NCBI GenBank assembly: GCA_036172245.1
Contig: JAYWIR010000047.1
Span: forward strand, 62,001-126,000
Length of the DNA stretch: 64,000 bases
Direction of reading: 5' to 3'
Origin: Raillietiella orientalis
Lineage: Eukaryota
Shown in pieces: positions 62,400-64,000 of this stretch. The position numbers and the translations under genes are program-made. Under the pieces are notes generated by a model that was given only the letters and a program-made list of their open reading frames with translations, was not told where the DNA came from and did no database searches. The stretch's first letter is position 1. Every line of letters begins with the position of its first letter.

Positions 62400-63680
62400 G
62401 TTATGAACATACTTCTATCGCCAAAAGTGCTCCAACCGGGTTACCAGGATTTCAGAAGAGCACATCTAAATAAGCAAGGTCTAAATCAGAGACGGAACGT
62501 GATGAATATCTGTCGACGAAGTGAAAATCCCCCTATCTCCAATCACGAGGGCTTCTTTCTTCTTTCTTTTTTTTTTTTCAAGAAAATGTCAGATGTCAGA
62601 TGGAAGTTTCCATCTCGTGGAGGCAGAGGCAGAATCCTCGACTTCAAGCAGACGCAGAAATTCTGCCACCCGCATGCTTTTTCTCATTTGCGTCTCGATT
62701 ACGCCACTAATAAAAAAAAAATAAAAATTTGCGTTGCAATGGAAATGTCGTGCGTCTCGGAATGTTTAACCGAAGAACATCTCGATCCCCATGGGCGCAT
62801 TCCCTCTTTTTTTTCCCATCTTACCAGGCTCGTGAAAGGCCCAAACGGATTTTTGCTATTTCAAGGGCATTTCGAAATTTCCGCTTCTCCGCTCTGGGTC
62901 CTCCGGAACAACAGGATCTGGAAGCTACGAAACTATGGACCACCTACGGGCCAGGAGGAGATGCAAGCTGATACGCAAGCGAACGGAAGATGAGGCAGTG
63001 AAGAGTGCGTCTGATGCCGTCGCATCTCTCTCACAGGACATCGCAAAGTCCAAACTGATCCAGGGAGAGAACAAAATCGCGTCGAGAGCGAAAGAGCCCT
63101 TCAAATTTCAATCGCAGACGATTATCGAGCAGCTCTCGAAGCAACCTCGGCGGTTCTTCATACAGGTCTCTGAGATGCAGGATGCGCTCAGTCCGAGTTG
63201 ATGAAGAACCGGATGTGGTTCCAGATTTCCGTCGCAGTGGGAAGGGGAACGAAGGAATAACAGCGTTACGAACTGCTGTGAGTGCCTTGCCATGATAGAA
63301 GAATGCTGTTCTTTCACAGCATTCTTCTTCACAGCAGAGTCGATCCGAACGGTCCATTCTACTGTTCTAAAACTCAACGCGTTCAAACCCGCAGGTTGCG
63401 TTCATATGAGCACGGACGGAATCCGCCCGGCACGGCAACCTCCATCTGCTGTGGTTCAAGAAAGCGGCGGCATCCAACGTGGCTTTCCCAAACAAGCAGG
63501 GTCGAGCTAAGGGACGAGCTGATCCCGACAGATCTCTGGAGCTCCAGATATTCAGAACGGGAGGTGCTTGGAGTGGTTTCTTCCTCGCATTCGCTCTTGC
63601 GCTCATTTTGTCCGAGAATTTCTGACCAATACGTTGAGACGGCACTGAAGCGAGGTGATTCGAGCAAATCTGAGCTTTCT
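62400..63680 (+). mobile_element. Decayed CR1/L2-like LINE ORF2 (endonuclease end plus linker)
   Basis: FPSRGGRGRILDF (~PTR...ILDL), KLWTTY, KSKLIQGENKIASRAKEPFKF (~AK...E.KIA..K.NPK.F), FTAFFFTAE (~F.SVFT.E), in the expected order, with stops and frameshifts. Confidence 0.45.
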
Positions 63681-63977
63681 TAAGCACTTTCAATGAAAGA
63701 GCTATTTGAGTGCTTCACTCTCTCCATTTTGTTATAATGATGTAAGTATGCTATTTTTGAAAATCCCCTCTACGGCAAGCAATGGCCGAACGCCTCCAAC
63801 TCAAATCCCCCCTTGTAAACCATTGTGTCGCACCAGCGACCATCTGGAAAAGCAGAGTTTGGCTTGATTTTTTCTTGGAACGAGAAGGAACAGAATTAGA
63901 AGAATCAGAATCGTTTCCGGTCATCCTCTCATGTTTTGTTTCGTTTTTTTAAGGAAAAAAAAGCCGGCGATTGTAAA

Positions 63978-64000
63978 TACAGTGGTACCTCGGTACTCGT
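63978..64000 (+). mobile_element. TA target site plus left TIR of a second copy of the 57255-57591 element family, truncated by the window end
   Basis: TA-CAGTGGTACCTCGGTACTCGT matches the reverse complement of 57570-57591 with one mismatch. Confidence 0.8.

Noticed and set aside
1..64000. CRISPR arrays, operons, rRNA or prokaryotic defence systems
   Set aside because: No regularly spaced repeat-spacer arrays or rRNA-like sequence were seen, and all recognisable genes are intron-containing eukaryotic genes.

Overview
Eukaryotic (metazoan, compact-intron invertebrate) genomic DNA, not prokaryotic. Most ORF-track entries are shadows of spliced genes or decayed transposons. Genes assembled by hand with phase-consistent splice sites: (1) the 3' half of an insulin-degrading enzyme gene (+, 1-1988); (2) a complete 9-exon pepsin/cathepsin D-family aspartic protease (-, 9108-18834, ~411 aa); (3) an LRRC45-like LRR/coiled-coil gene (-, ~30006-36906); (4) an EGF/C-type lectin locus (-, 40768-57021, one gene or two) with a probable GC-AG intron; (5) a frameshifted C-type lectin paralogue (~61240-61830). 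Large introns and intergenic DNA hold decayed RTE-, L1/Tx1- and CR1-like LINEs, a mariner fossil and a TA-flanked TIR element. The most unusual signals are two LINE-like 3' ends each followed by an antisense tRNA-like segment and arranged as an inverted pair around the lectin first exon, and a sharp GC mosaic. All family calls rest on motifs recognised by eye. No searches were run, and I found no clearly novel multi-gene system.
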